64,000 nucleotides of DNA from an uncultured virus (IMG/VR IMGVR_UViG_3300033998_000157) (IMGVR_UViG_3300033998_000157), one strand, 5' to 3'. Positions 15,301 through 29,100 are shown, numbered from the stretch's first letter. The notes: generated from the letters alone by a model not told the origin. A program made the numbers and translations.

Positions 15301-16840
15301 ATTAAAAACACTTTTAAATAAAGTAGCCGAAACAACTTATTAGCAATACCAAGATAATATTACAAAAACTTTTGAAACAGATGAATATTATTTAATTGAT
15401 GCTAAAGAAATGAAAAGTTGGATTAATTACGTATATAAAGAACATATGTAGATATAGGAAAACGAAATGTACTTATTTAAAGAAAATTTAGAAATATTGT
15501 ACAACTATCTAACTTATGGGTTTATAATAAATGATTATGACGATATTGAAGGTAATACTGACGATAAAAAAATTCAACAATTGTATAATAAACTAACTAT
15601 ATTTAAATAGGAAGAACATTTTAAGCACAGTAGAAAATTATTTAACTTCTAGGAAAGAGGTATATTAGATGAATTAGATGTAAAATTATATCCAGAAGGC
15701 ACAAAACCTTTTTCCAATTTTCATTTAATAGACGATAAACAAATTATCAAAAATAACATAAGCTTAAATGATAATATTGCAAATGATGTGGTTGTTTATT
15801 CACCAACATTCATGGAATAGTTTAACTTTGGTAAACCAATAACAAGAGCACTTGAATCATTATTGCCGATAATTACTCCTAATTATGAAGTAATCGATGG
15901 AAAACATATGACAATTGTTGAATAGATTTTTGATGAAGATATACCACAAGAATATAGAAATACAATGACTGTAACAACAAATTTCGGTAACATCCCACAA
16001 GTCAGAATCTTAGTTTAGGCATATTACTTAAAGAAAAGTTTAGAACAAATGTATAATGGTGAAATTGTAATTATAGGCAAAACAAACGTAAAACCATATG
16101 ACATAGTATTTATTCAAGATACAAATAGAATGATGTTTGGAACATAGTATGTAAAATAGGTAACACACATATACTCTCCTGATACTGGATATGTAACATC
16201 TATTAAGATTATGCCAATGATACATTTAAAAGACTTGCACCAGCAAGCATTAACATATACAATATTAAATATTGCAAACTATACATTAGGAACATTGTTA
16301 ACATTAGTAACACTTGGTACAGGTAATTTATTACTCGGTGCATTAAAAGCACCAGGAAATATATTTAAATCGCTATAGACTAAAGGAGTATAGAAATCAA
16401 CAAAAGCAACTATAAACTTTGGTAAAAATGCTTTAACTAAAGTAATTGTTTAGGAAAATTTACAATTATCAAAAAAACTAAAATAGATGTTAGCAACAAA
16501 ATTGTTCACAAAACATTTCGCAAACTTCCAATCTATTTACGGATTAGGTTCAAGATTATTTAATGATTAGGATGGAGATAAACCATAGGAAATATCTGTA
16601 GATAGAGTTGTTAATCCATTACATATTTCAGTATTAACTCATTATGGCCAGCCTTATGTTTAGGGATTAAAAGGTTCATATTATGATAAAATTACATTGA
16701 TGGATAGTATCAAAAATGCAAACGCTGCATAGAAAATATTCTTAAATGGAACTAAATCAATAGCTCAAAAAGTATTTGATTTAAAAGATAACTTTATTGA
16801 TTATCAATTGAACTTAATATTTAACTCAGACGAACAATGA
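9305..16840 (+). CDS. Giant (~2511 aa) baseplate hub-like protein (gpD/gp27-like segments)
   Basis: AGGAGGTG RBS and GTG 9305; same frame as track ORFs 9824, 10970, 12641, 13931 and 14984. Hub-like segments LQPGVDIEVRIGYS...IFAGYI...IIAEGYG (~13140-13290) and GEIVIIGKTNVKPYDIVFI...YVK*VTHIYSPDTGYVTSI (~16060-16200). TGA 16838-16840. Confidence 0.7.
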
Positions 16841-16849
16841 GGTGAAAAC

Positions 16850-17062
16850 ATGGTATTTATTAAAAAAAGTCCTATTGATATAAATTGGAAAAAACAATTA
16901 GCTAAAGTAAAATTAGACGGAGAAATTATAGACGTGCCGATTGCTTATACAGGCACGTCTATTCTCAACAAAAAATAGGCGAATTTGTTCGATATTCTTC
17001 TTATTGGAGATACTTTAGATAATGTAGTTGGTATATTGATATATAAATCTATAAACGATTGA
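16850..17062 (+). CDS. Small baseplate-region protein (70 aa)
   Basis: GAGGTG RBS, ATG, one TAG, TGA overlapping the next RBS. Confidence 0.65.
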
Positions 17063-17071
17063 GGTGAAAAT

Positions 17072-17431
17072 ATGAATAAACAAGAGATTATCAAGCGTTA
17101 GTATGAAAAATCAAAACAAACTTATGGAAATTTGTTAATTACTGATGGTCAATCCACGCAAAATTCAATTACTTTTCAGGACGGTATTTCTTTAACTTAG
17201 GGTGGAAAGAACATTTTAACTTCTACTGCATCTGGCACAGAATTTAAAAAGGATATTAAAAAAGGAAGTGTATAGAGAGAAGTGAATAATGGATTTCAAA
17301 GAGAATTCATCACAAAAGAAATGTTTATACCAAGTTCAATCGTAACACCAATTCCTGATAAGATGCCATGGTTTGGGTTCTTTACGTAGATAAAATAGCT
17401 AAGTGATATAATCGATTAGCTTGGAGGTTGA
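17072..17431 (+). CDS. Baseplate-region protein (119 aa), possibly spike-related
   Basis: GAGGTG RBS, MNKQEIIKR*YEK...; TGA 17429-17431; lies between the hub and wedge genes. Confidence 0.6.
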
Positions 17432-17436
17432 AAAAA

Positions 17437-17817
17437 ATGGATTTAAAATTATATGAAAGAGATATAATTTTTGATGAAGCTACTAATGATATTAAATTAT
17501 AGGATTAGTTAGAAAGTTTATAGCAACAATTAGCCCACTATTTTTAGACTAGAAAAGGAGAATTGATAAATAATGAAGTGTTTGGTTTTGATAGCGAAAT
17601 AATTACTAATAATATTTATTCCATGAATCCAGAAACTACACAAAAAATAATAGAAACTACTTTAAAAGACGAGATAGAAAAGTTTATATAGCAATCACAA
17701 AGTTTGCAGTTGACTACTGTATTAGAAAACAATAAATTGAATATAAAAATTAAAACACAAACAGGTGATACTTTACTTTTGGATAAAATAATTTATATAG
17801 ATTTTGAAAGGAGCTGA
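17437..17817 (+). CDS. Baseplate wedge / sheath-initiator-like protein (gp25/gpW-like, 126 aa)
   Basis: MDLKL...DI...D*LESL*QQLAHYF*TRKGEL...FG resembles the gp25-like pattern; immediately precedes the baseplate J-like gene. Confidence 0.6.
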
Positions 17818-17822
17818 AAAAC

Positions 17823-18986
17823 ATGGGGTTTTATGAATTAAAAAATAGGTTGCAGACTTTAGATCCTAAATTTGGGTAGATAAAACATAATACTATTTTA
17901 GGAGAATTGCTTCAATAGATTGGATAGGAAATAGATCAAATAAAATCTGTATCAGAAAACATAAATAATTACGATGTCATAAACTAGTCAGGAAATTAGT
18001 TAGATGATATAGCTTAGCTATTTAATATAAAACGTCAATTATTTTCTGTATATGATAATAACTTAATAATTTCGAATGCTGTACTAATTCAACCAAAAGA
18101 TCCTTCTTACTCAATAATAAATGTATTACAAGAAGTATATGGAACACAGGATAAATTTCCAGATATACTATATGTATCAGATGGTAACACTACATTAAAA
18201 GTTATTTAGAATTTTTCTAACTAGGAAGGGTTAGGAGTTTATACAATTATTTTACCAGCACAGGTTGAAACTTATTCTAATCAACCGTTGCTTGCTAATA
18301 CAGAATTAACGATCGTGATAAACAACGAACAATTAAATAATTATTTTAACGTAAAATCATTAAGGACAATTAATGAATTGTATGGAATAGAAAGCGATGA
18401 AAACCTAAGAGCTAGGATATAGACATAGTTACAAAGCTATCAAGGACCCACAAAATAGTGGTTAGAATCTCAAATTTATTCTAATGTAAGTGGAATAAGA
18501 AAAGTATTGATTAAAAATTTAAGCAGAGGATTATAGACAGCAGATATAGTTTTATTTCCTACTATTTCAAACATTTATGATGAAAATATGGATTTAATTT
18601 CTGATATAAATACATAGAATTAGGCAAAAGAATCTGTTCAAAATTATTTACCATTAGGTACAGATATCCTATTTAAAGATGCAATACAAAGACAATTTAC
18701 TGTAGAAATAACTATTTCTGGTATTAATACAGACGATCAACAAACAGTTCAAAATCTTGTGAAAAATACTATAATCGATTACTTTAATAATAAAGATGTC
18801 GGCGAAAGCTATACATTAACAAATACAGAAATTCAATCAGAAATTTCAAAACAAATTATATTAAACGGATATGTAGGGATAATACAACAATTTGTATTAA
18901 AAGAAAACGGTTCTTCTATTACTTCCGCAAACATCAACGACGATGAATACCCAGTGCTTTTTTCTGTAGTTGTAACATTTAATTAA
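17823..18986 (+). CDS. Baseplate J-like protein (387 aa)
   Basis: T*SGN*LDDIA*LFNIKR and ESDENLRARI motifs are typical of baseplate J/gp47; includes track ORF 18759-18986 (TAA). Confidence 0.8.
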
Positions 18987-18999
18987 GGAGTGATAATAC

Positions 19000-20976
19000 A
19001 TGAACTGTTATATTGAAATTGAAAACGGAGAAAATAAGTTAAAACTGCACGAATCGTAGAATTATTTAATGTATGATGTTTATGAAGATAAAATTGTTTT
19101 AGATGAACAGAATAAATTGGATAGACAAAAGAAAATTGTAGGATACTATAACAACAATGCTTTTAAATTTTTTGTATAGCCTCTTAATAATATTTACCTA
19201 AATTCTATTGCTATAAATAATGGAAGTATTACAGGGCAAAATATATTAAATAATATAAGCGGATTAATAGATAAAGAAAAAGAAACCAGCAATATTAGAA
19301 ATATATAGATGTAGATTGGACAAGAATTGGATAATAAATTATTTAACACTAACGTTAGTGATTTTACCACATCTGGTAGTTTTACAATAACAGACAGCAA
19401 TCTATCAAATTTTTTAACAAATTATAGCGATAGAGTATATTTTTAGTTTGATAATAAGTTTGTGAATGGTTTTATCGAAATTCGATAGGGATACACATAG
19501 TTTGTGCCAGTATCTATTATAGACAAAGACGTATATGATTTTCAATCTATTTATAAATTGAACGGAATAAAAGGAAGAATAGATATAGAAGAAGATATTT
19601 ATTTAGAAGCTGTGTTTGATAAAGATAATAACAATACTTTGTATGCCAATTTCTTTGGAACTAAAACTGGAATCACATACAAATTAGTTTTGCTTGATAA
19701 TGGCATTAATGCATTTCACGGAATGTATTTTAATAACAAATATATTTATTAGCTAGTTGAAAAAGACAACAATGCTTAGCATATTAATTTTGTAAATGAT
19801 ACAACAAGCAATTTGCATTTGATAAAATTCGATCTTATTGAAAATGTTTTATATAGTTATCCTGTATAGTATAAACCTATTAAAATAGATGGTATTAAGG
19901 TTATTGGTAATTTACTTTTGATTAAAGATTTCCATGGGATAATTATAAATGAATTTATTGATGCTAACTATACTTTGGAAAATGATACAATTACATTAAA
20001 TCACCCATTTACACATTACTCCATCATGAATTATTCAATGAGTGGAGAAACTTTAACAAATACAATTGATGACCAACCTGATATAGATTTATATAACGTT
20101 AGAATATTTGGTTAGTATAATAATAATTTTATAAGTCCAGCTAGTTCAATCGTAAGTCAATATTTATCTTACAGTTATTTGGAACAAAATTCGATATCTA
20201 ACTATTTTACTTTTGATAATTATGAAATTTATCCAACTTATATAGATTCTATTTAGTACTTATATTCAATCGAAAGAGAAGATTTTGAATTGCTCGGAGA
20301 AGTGTTTGGTAGAATTTATCATGAAAATATTGGAAGAACAGAATATATGAAAGAATATTTATATCTTTATCCTATACCATTTAATATTCAGACGCTTGAT
20401 AACACAAATGTTGATATTTCTTTTATAGATGTGCTTAACGTATTACCTGACACATTTTTAGTATTAACATTAGATAATATAACCACTATATTTGAAGAAA
20501 TAACTAATTACAATGATTTAAATATATAGACAGAAGCAGATCTTATAACTTCAATAAAAAATATTACAAATTTATCAAACGATATAGAGCTAAAACGACA
20601 ACATACAGAATTATCAGACAAATATTTAGAAGCTGAATTAAAACTAACAGATAATCTTAAACCTATCGCTGTTAAATATTATGTTCCTAAATTAAAATTT
20701 ACAAACGAATCATTTATTAAGTGTGACAATACAGACGAAAACCAACTAACAAACGGGCAATTAGATATAACAAAATCTCCCGTTGTAAATATAATATAGG
20801 AATACTCATTAGTTAACCCTCAATATAATATACCGCTTAATGATATTTCAACTGCAACCTCAATAGTTGAAACGGTTAATAAAATAACAAAGAGGTATGT
20901 ATCTGTTGGTAAAATTGTAGGTATTGTAACCATGTTAGATTCCACTACTCTAAAAATTGAATATTTAATAAATTAA
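19000..20976 (+). CDS. Putative baseplate/tail protein (658 aa)
   Basis: AAGGAG RBS and ATG 19000; joins track ORFs 19504, 19918 and 20290; TAA 20974-20976. Confidence 0.7.
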
Positions 20977-21000
20977 GTCCTTCCAAACGGAAGGACTTTT
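20975..21000. terminator. Intrinsic terminator between convergent operons
   Basis: AAGTCCTTCC-AAAC-GGAAGGACTTTT hairpin between two convergent stop codons. Confidence 0.85.
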
Positions 21001-21001
21001 A

Positions 21002-21202
21002 TTATTGATTATTAATTTTTGCTTCTAATAATTTTATTTTCTATTCAAGCATGGTTATTTTTCTTATAAGGTTCTTATTCAAAGTTTCTAAATCATTTTT
21101 ATAAGTTGCAAATTCATTTACGCTTACAGTGTTTTCTAACAACCATTGTTTTAATTCCTAAATTTCATTATACAATGTAGCAATTTGTTCATCATAATTC
21201 AT
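21002..21202 (-). CDS. Small coiled-coil protein (66 aa)
   Basis: AAGGAGG RBS; MNYDEQIATLYNEI*ELKQW...MLE*KIKLLEAKINNQ; TAA. Confidence 0.75.
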
Positions 21203-21215
21203 GTTTTAAACCTCC

Positions 21216-22988
21216 TTATAATACATTTCCAATATAATATTTTCCATTATATAATGTCTATTCTTTCTAAATAAACCTTATATCATATAAATAATTATAT
21301 CTTTGGCACACATCAAATTTTAAATCACCGTTTATGTCTCTGTCTATAGGTTTTTCATCAATTACTATTAAATCTGAAATGTTTATATGAACATTGCTTG
21401 GTGCTTTAAATCTAACATCAATATAGTTAAAAATTTTATTAATAGAACTGTTTTCATTTAATAATTCTAAAATAACATCAGTTCTTTTTGCCCCGCCTTG
21501 TTCTAAATAAATTTCATATTCATAACCGCTTCTTCCATATAGAATTGGTACTTTAATATTTTTGTATTCAATAATAAACTATACAAATCCAACATCTATA
21601 ATATTATGATTTTGAACTGTAAATTTATAATTTTTGTGCGGTATTAAAACGTATGATTTTAAAATATCTTCTTCTGCTCCACCTAATACAGTAGGTTCTT
21701 CTATTGTATCTCCTGTTAGTGTAAGAGCATCCTACTATGTATTTAAAAAGAATATAGACTATGATGGATAATTAATATAAACATTTTGTGATTTTTTGGA
21801 CGTTATATTAGAATTAGCAAAATTGTGTAATATCCAAATTTTAGAAGGTGTTTTTTCTAAATTAATTTTTCCATTAATTTCTGATACGGATTGATAATAT
21901 TTCTAAACAACTGTATCGCCTTGTATATATACAACCACAAAATCTTGTGAAATACCTAAACCAGTTATATCACCCTATGTGATAACGTTTGTTGGCTATA
22001 ACTCATTGATAGTAGCATTTGAACCATTCAAAAATGTTAAACTTGGTTCCTCAAATTGTACATAAGATAAATCCATTTTATTTACAGTTCCATTTGTTAG
22101 GCTGTTTATCAAAGTATAATGCCTTCGTACATTATAAGTATCTGACTACTAATCATCTAATTCAACAATTTCATTACTCTAACTTAAATAAGCATATGTT
22201 TTTCTATTATATACTCCGTCAATATATTTATAAAAATATTTACCAAATGCGATTTTATTCTAAACAGCGTTTGTGCTACCAGTATAAACATATGTATTCT
22301 AATAATCTAAATCATATGATGTATCACCAGAAACTGGTTTAACAGAAAAACTTGTTAAATCTCTGGTAATAGAATATTGTTCTTGATCTAAATCTGCTAA
22401 CTCTTCAATTGAACCATTAAATCTTTTAAATATTTTTGTGTCAAAATCAGTTGGTAATAAAACATCTTTAATATTTGAAGGAAATAATCTCAAGGTTAAA
22501 GATGGCAAAAATGATAATTCGTATACATTATAACTATTTTCACCAACACTTAAAGGAATATAAAATTTATGAGTGCTTGGTAATATAAAATAAATTTTAC
22601 TTTCTGATGGTTCTATATTTAAATCAGATATAGTAGTTCCATTATCATATTTAAATGTAATGTTTGATTGCAATGTATTTATAAGCAGTAATAAATAATT
22701 AGAAGAAGTATTTTCAATTACATAATAATTACTTTCTGTTGTCACTTTATATTCATTGCTTTCCAATAATACACTTTCATCTATTTGTATATTATTATCC
22801 TATATTTTAATCTAATAACTATTCATTATACTTAGATTATTTATATAATTGCTAAAGTTATACACATAATCAACGTTTGATTTTATATTATCAAATAAAG
22901 CGCTTTGTTCTGTATCAAAGTTATTTAACTAAACCAACGCATTATTTATATTTTCTCCAAGCATATCATTGGTTATTATTTCACTCAT
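21216..22988 (-). CDS. Putative structural protein (590 aa)
   Basis: ATG overlaps the upstream TGA (ATGA); includes track ORF 22299-22766; TAA 21216-21218. Confidence 0.65.
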
Positions 22989-23845
22989 AATCTCCACCAC
23001 CTAATATTTCTTATAATACCATTAAAAATATTATGATTGTCATTGTCTATAATTAATTCTATATTCATTTTAAGATCTGATGTAAAGTAATTTTTAAAGA
23101 AATATTCATTATTATCATTTGGGAAAACATAATAACTAATGTTACTGTTACTAAAAGTAATTTTAGCAGGCACAGACACATAACTTGTAAATGTCACCTC
23201 TAATAATCCTTCATCAAAACCGCTTAACTGTATTTGGTTTCCTTCGTCTTCGAGTTTATACTAATAAACTATAAAATTATCAAGAGAACTTATTTCTATC
23301 GTTTTTGTATTATCAGTCAAATAAAATTCTAAAACTTTTAAATTCCCTATATCATATTCTTGCCCGTTAATTTTTACAGTTAATCCATTACCTTCATACA
23401 ACTACATATTTTCTTTAAACACAACATAATACATATTTTCTTGGTTTATTAACTAATTATATATTCCTTGTTCTTTTGTAATCATTACAGAATATGTTTT
23501 ATTAAAATCTACTGAATGCTAAATAAACGAACACTATGAAGACACTTTTGACTCTTTATCAGTAGATAATCTATTAGAAGTAAAACCATGAAATTGTCTT
23601 GTTACATATTTTTCCAAATCAGTTTGAAAAGGATTTGTTGTTTTTAATAAATCATTTTGTTGTTTTATGTATATAGATTTACACGGTTTCTATGACTATG
23701 AATTTAACTATATGTATTCATCATAATTTTGCTATTGTTCTAATTCTTTAAATACCTTTTGGTATTTTTCATAATATTCTAAAATTTCATTTTGATAAGT
23801 TTTAAAATAAGCATCTAATTCAGATGGAATAAAATTATTAATCAT
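22985..23845 (-). CDS. Putative structural protein (286 aa)
   Basis: GAGGTG RBS, ATG 23845 in an ATGA overlap; includes track ORF 22985-23197. Confidence 0.65.
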
Positions 23846-24621
23846 ACTTCAACACCTCTCAACGGAAGCATCTATACTATTGGTTCATGAAATACTTTTT
23901 CTGTTATTTTAGTGTGTCCATTGCTTGAATACTAATATTGATAATTAAATATATAAAACATATCATCAAGTTCTATTGTAATATTTGAGTTATTTTGATT
24001 AAGAAAAGCTATCTAAGTATCTTTTGTTGCATGAATTGTGATTGTTTCAGGCTATGTCTAAATATAATAATTTAAAGGAGTATTTTCAATTATACAATCA
24101 TTAAATAGCTACAATACAATATCATTCTATTGTAAATCAATTGTGTGTGTTCCTTTTGATAATATATATAATCCATTATATGTTTGCTCTGTTATAGTAT
24201 CAACTGTAATATTACTATTTTGAGTAAAATCATTCAATTTATATATAAACAAATCTTTACCAATACCTTTAAAATATGTTGGAAAATATACATGCAATTC
24301 AAATTCAGAGTGCATTTCTTCTGCTATTTTTAACTAATAAGGCATATAATATCTCTAATATTGAAATAATAAATATTTAGCATATTTAACATAATTTTGA
24401 ATATCAAGCGTTTCAAAAGACTATATATCTAATTTAATATTTAACAAATTGAAATTTACTGCTTCTAAATTCATCCTGTTATTAAGATATTGCATAACCT
24501 ATGAATTAGGCTATCTGTTTTTGTGTGATAACCTAATCTTTAAAGCTAATTCATCTGATAACTAATTGTCTTTTATAAAATTTTCAACCTAAGCATTTAG
24601 TTTTGTTTTAAATTCAATCAT
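23842..24621 (-). CDS. Putative structural protein (259 aa)
   Basis: GAGGTG RBS and ATG 24621; includes track ORF 24127-24315. Reading through TAG ends exactly in an ATGA overlap with the next gene. Confidence 0.65.
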
Positions 24622-24643
24622 TTTTTCACCTCACATAACACGT

Positions 24644-24666
24644 AAGGACAGTGTGTCACTGTCCTT
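24644..24666. other. 10-bp stem hairpin at a gene end, without a U-tract on the coding strand
   Basis: AAGGACAGTG-TGT-CACTGTCCTT perfect inverted repeat. Confidence 0.45.
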
Positions 24667-24934
24667 TTACGTTTGTATTAAGTTCTATTTTTTGTATTTC
24701 GCTCATTATTTCTGTCAGATTTTTGTTAGCCTGTTCGAATAATTCATCTTTATCAACAATTCCTTTATCAACTAACGCTGATATCATAGCTTCTACAATA
24801 GAAACATATTGAAACAATGTTGCCATTAAAGCAGAAAGATTTTCGTTCGTAATATCGCCAAACGCTTTATAATCTTTCGTAAGTGTTGTTACTACCTTCT
24901 CTAATTTTTCAAGCTTATCTTTTAATTCTTCCAT
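24656..24934 (-). CDS. Hypothetical helical protein (92 aa)
   Basis: Track ORF, AAGGAG RBS, no TAG. Confidence 0.75.
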   Translation of the reverse strand: MEELKDKLEKLEKVVTTLTKDYKAFGDITNENLSALMATLFQYVSIVEAMISALVDKGIVDKDELFEQANKNLTEIMSEIQKIELNTNVKGQ

Positions 24935-24945
24935 TGTATCACTCC

Positions 24946-25611
24946 TTATTCTAATATTATATATTCAATTGGATTAACATGTCCTAAATGTGTTACTATA
25001 CCTTTTTCATTTGCTTGATATGCATTTAGATATACATCTTTACCCATTTTAAGAATTTGATTTAATTCTTCATGTGTAAGATATTGGTCAAATAAATCTT
25101 TTACAACTGTTTCTACTGAATTTAAATGGTTATTTAAGAAATTAAAATAATTTGTTGATACTTCATAATCTGTGGCAATTCTTGTTGTATGAATTAAAAA
25201 GTTAGTATAATAAGATGCTATTCTTTCTTGACCTGCCATATAAATAATTGAAGCAGAAGAAAATACAGAAGCATATCCAATAGTTCTAACAGTTACTTCT
25301 TTTTGCAACGATTTTAACATTGAATAAAGCATTATACCTGTATCCCAACTACCACCATATGAATTCAACACAACATTAATTAAAGTATATCCACCACGTT
25401 CTAACTCATTAACAATTTCTAATATCTTTGGATTTCCAGGATCTGGTATTTCACCAAAAAGCTTAATTGTTAATACATCATCTACCACATAATTTCTCAC
25501 AAATGAATATCTCTTTGTGTTTGTTGTGTTCTCAATTTGAGATCCTGCAAAATCTTCCTCGAAGTTTGAGTAGTTTTTATTCTAATAGAAGGGCTTTCTT
25601 CTTTTATCCAC
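24946..25611 (-). CDS. ClpP-like (S14 family) serine protease (221 aa)
   Basis: LNSYGGS, SVFSSASIIYMAG, FLIHT and DVYLNAYQANEKGIV match ClpP motifs. The GGAGG RBS points to GTG 25611, upstream of one in-frame TAG (25582-25584). Confidence 0.85.
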
Positions 25612-25716
25612 CTTATATCAATCCTCCCCAATGAAGTATATACAGATTTATTTATTATTAATTCTTCCATTAAAGTTTCCCAATATTCAGAGATAATAGC
25701 TGATAAAACCTACGGT

Positions 25717-26037
25717 TCAAGATTTAGCTTTTTTGCCAGTTTGTTTATTATTACTACGTGTTTTTGCTACCTTTTTTTCTTCGACATCTTCTTTCACCTC
25801 TTCTTCTGCTTCTACTTTTTCTGCTTTATTATTGGATAATTCAATAATATTTTTATCTTCAAAATTATAACCAACTCTTTTAACTACACTTTTAAACAAT
25901 TCATAATTAACAACAAAATTCCCATTATCCTTTGCCACAGGAATATTAAAATAGTTTATAATTCTCCATATAACATTATATGGCATACCAGTAGCTAATG
26001 CAGCCTCATTAATTGTTAATGTCTTTTTATCTTCCAT
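25717..26037 (-). CDS. Small protein with an N-terminal HTH-like segment and a basic tail (106 aa)
   Basis: LTINEAALATGMPYNVIWRII resembles an excisionase/MerR-type HTH; AAGGAG RBS. Confidence 0.65.
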   Translation of the reverse strand: MEDKKTLTINEAALATGMPYNVIWRIINYFNIPVAKDNGNFVVNYELFKSVVKRVGYNFEDKNIIELSNNKAEKVEAEEEVKEDVEEKKVAKTRSNNKQTGKKAKS

Positions 26038-26067
26038 GTTATCACTCTCCTTTAATATTCTTTCAAT

Positions 26068-26081
26068 TTGTTAATTAACAA
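26068..26081. promoter_or_regulatory. Palindromic TTGTTAATTAACAA between divergent operons
   Basis: Perfect 14-bp palindrome that presents TTGTTAATT on both strands, 42 and 44 nt from the two divergent start codons. Confidence 0.65.
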
Positions 26082-26109
26082 TAAGAAAACACGATTGGAG
26101 GTCGATTAT

Positions 26110-29100
26110 ATGAATGATGTATTGAACTATCTTTTGATTTTAGGATAGTTACAGAGTATTAAATTTAATATAAGTTATTTAGATGAAAATAATGAAGTAA
26201 TTTCAACCGAAACACAAACTTAGGACTTGCTACAAAATATAGAAGATACATTAAAACAATTTTTAGGTTCATCTGAATATAATAAATGGAAACACAAAAT
26301 AGATATTACAAAACAAACATACAATATTCCAGATATAGTATTGCCACTTAAATTAAAAAATATTGATGTCAATGTTCAATTTGATACAATTTTAAATCCA
26401 ACAGTTACAGTTCCTACATTAAGTGTATCATCGACTTACGAAAATAACTTACAAAAATCTATTGTTACTGTAAATATTACTAATTATGATAGCAGTTATA
26501 TATATGAGATACAATATACATATGATACCAATGGTACATCTGGATGGACTTCTCTATTTACAAGCGATTCTTCTATTGATATAAATGTTATACCTAATAA
26601 AAATATTCTTGTTAGAGCTAGATCTAAAAAACTAAATGCCACATCGAATTGGAGTAGCAATTATTCTGTTTTAACAGCAAGAGATACTACACCTCCATAG
26701 TAGCCTGTTGTTTTATCTAATATAGCTAAATATAAATCTACTGTAATTGAATTGCAAGAACCTACAGAAGAAGATTTTGATTATTTTTATATACAATTTA
26801 ATTTAAACAACGAAACACATATTATTAAATCAAAAACAAATATAATAGAAGTATCATTAGGTGAAGTATATAATAATGTTGATGCAACATTATATTAGGT
26901 AGATACATCTGGTAATACATCATCTGGAACTCAAATCCAAATATCATCATTAGATTTTACACAATAGGAAAGTGCTATCAATAATACTATTTCATCCACA
27001 TAGAATACAATATCATTATTAAATGATTCTCTAAATATAACAGGAACTATCTCATAGATTACAAGTAATATAATTACAACAACAGCCGATCTAACTAATG
27101 TAAAACATGGACACATTATTTTAATTGAGCATGATGGAAATGTATATTCATATGAAATAGAAAGTGCAGATACTGGAACTGGTCAAATTGTATTATCATA
27201 GTAGCCAAATTAGAGTGTCGGTGATAATTTTACTATTGCTTCTTAGATTCAAGGGCAACATATTTAGATTAATAAAACTAGCGATAGTATAACATCAGTA
27301 GCATAGAAATTAAAAGATACATATATAGAGCATACATTTGATGGAACTGATATTACTATTAGCACTAATGTTATTACTGATAATACAATAGATTTTGAGT
27401 CTTCAGATGAAGTAGATATTGGATATGTTGTAACAATAGAATATAATGATGGTTCTGTATTAACTACTAAAATTACAGATATCTTATAGCAACATCAAAT
27501 ACAATTAAGAGATTCAATAGATACAAATAAAACATAGAACAAATATAAAATTTATTCACAAGCAAGTTTTGTGTCTTCTAATATTACTCAGACATACGAT
27601 TCGATATTACAAACCGTTCAAGAAACTAATTTTGACATATTGCTAACTGGTAGTCCTACATAGATAGATTCATAGGCTAATAAATTAGAAGATACTAATG
27701 CTAATTTTTCTACAATTCCAGTAAATTAGATAGTAAGACTATCTGATGGCAAAAGAATATGGTACTATACTGCAACTTAGATATAGCAAAATTATTTAAT
27801 ATTAGATACCAATGATTTATTCGATTCTTTTGATACAAATAATTTACAATATGAAATATATAAACCAGACAGTATTATTTAGAGTGCTATTGCGCAAACT
27901 TAGAAAGAAATTTCTACAAGTATTCTTAATACAGAAGCAGGATTGCAAAGTTCAATCACTCAACTTGCCGATGAAATAGCTTTAAGAGTAGTTGCAAAAG
28001 ATGAAACAGGAACTCCTCAATAGACATCTTTAACTATTAAAGATGGAAAAATACAAATAGATTAGGATAATTTTGAAGTAACTGGTGACGCACTTATATC
28101 AGGCACATTAGACGCATCAAAAGTTAATATTTAGGCTGGTAATTAGACAATAGATGATAAGGGTATTCATGTTTTACAAGGTGATATTAAACTTGGTAAA
28201 GATTAGAATAGTGGAGAATATTAGATTAAATTAGAAGATACTGGTAGCGGTCATTTAGCCAAGGGTAATATTTCATGGGATGATCAAGGTAATTAGAGTT
28301 TTGCTGGAACTATAAATGTTACTGGAGGTAATTTATCAGGACTTAAACTTGATGCTGATAAAATCTACCTTGGTTCTGGAACCCATTAGAATTCGGATAC
28401 TTCTTTTTATGTAGATTAGTTAGGTAATTTTAGCATCAAAGATACTTTTATATATGATGGAACAAATTTAAAAATTAAATAGAGTGATTTCTTACTATAC
28501 ACAACAGGAGCAAGCGGAGAAGTTTCTTAGTCATTATCAATAAATGATAGCGGTCAAATAATTTTAGATTAGAATAATACAACCATATCTGGCGACGCAA
28601 TTATACAAGGTACTCTTACATTTGATAAAATGGATGATTCAATACAAAAATCAAGGTTTGAATTAGAATTATCAAAATATACAATTAATTAGATTAAAAA
28701 CACCGTTCTCAATCAAGTTACTCCTTAGTCAGTTGATGTAGATGTATCTTTGATTGATAGAACCAATGATTAGTTATAGAATTATACAATAACAGTGGAT
28801 TCAATTGTAAATAATGGGGCTACATGGTCTATTGATGATACTACCCATAAAGTAACGTTAGATCTTTCAAGTTTAACAGGAGATTGTGAGTTAACTATAA
28901 CAGCAACTGAATCAACTAAAAATTTCACCTATTCAAAAACAATTAATATACAATATTCTGAATACAAAACTTCAGCTGATTATAAAATTATATAGTTAAA
29001 TGGATTTTAGATACAAAAAGACGAAACTCAAATAAATTTTAAAATAATGAAAAAGTATGGAACATATATAGAATATATTAGCAATGATCAAGATAATATA

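Noticed and set aside
4914..22342. Short hydrophobic track ORFs in other frames or antisense (e.g. 4914, 5339, 7837, 8600, 16040, 22019)
   Set aside because: They lie within long read-through genes, have no evident RBS and have shadow-like composition.
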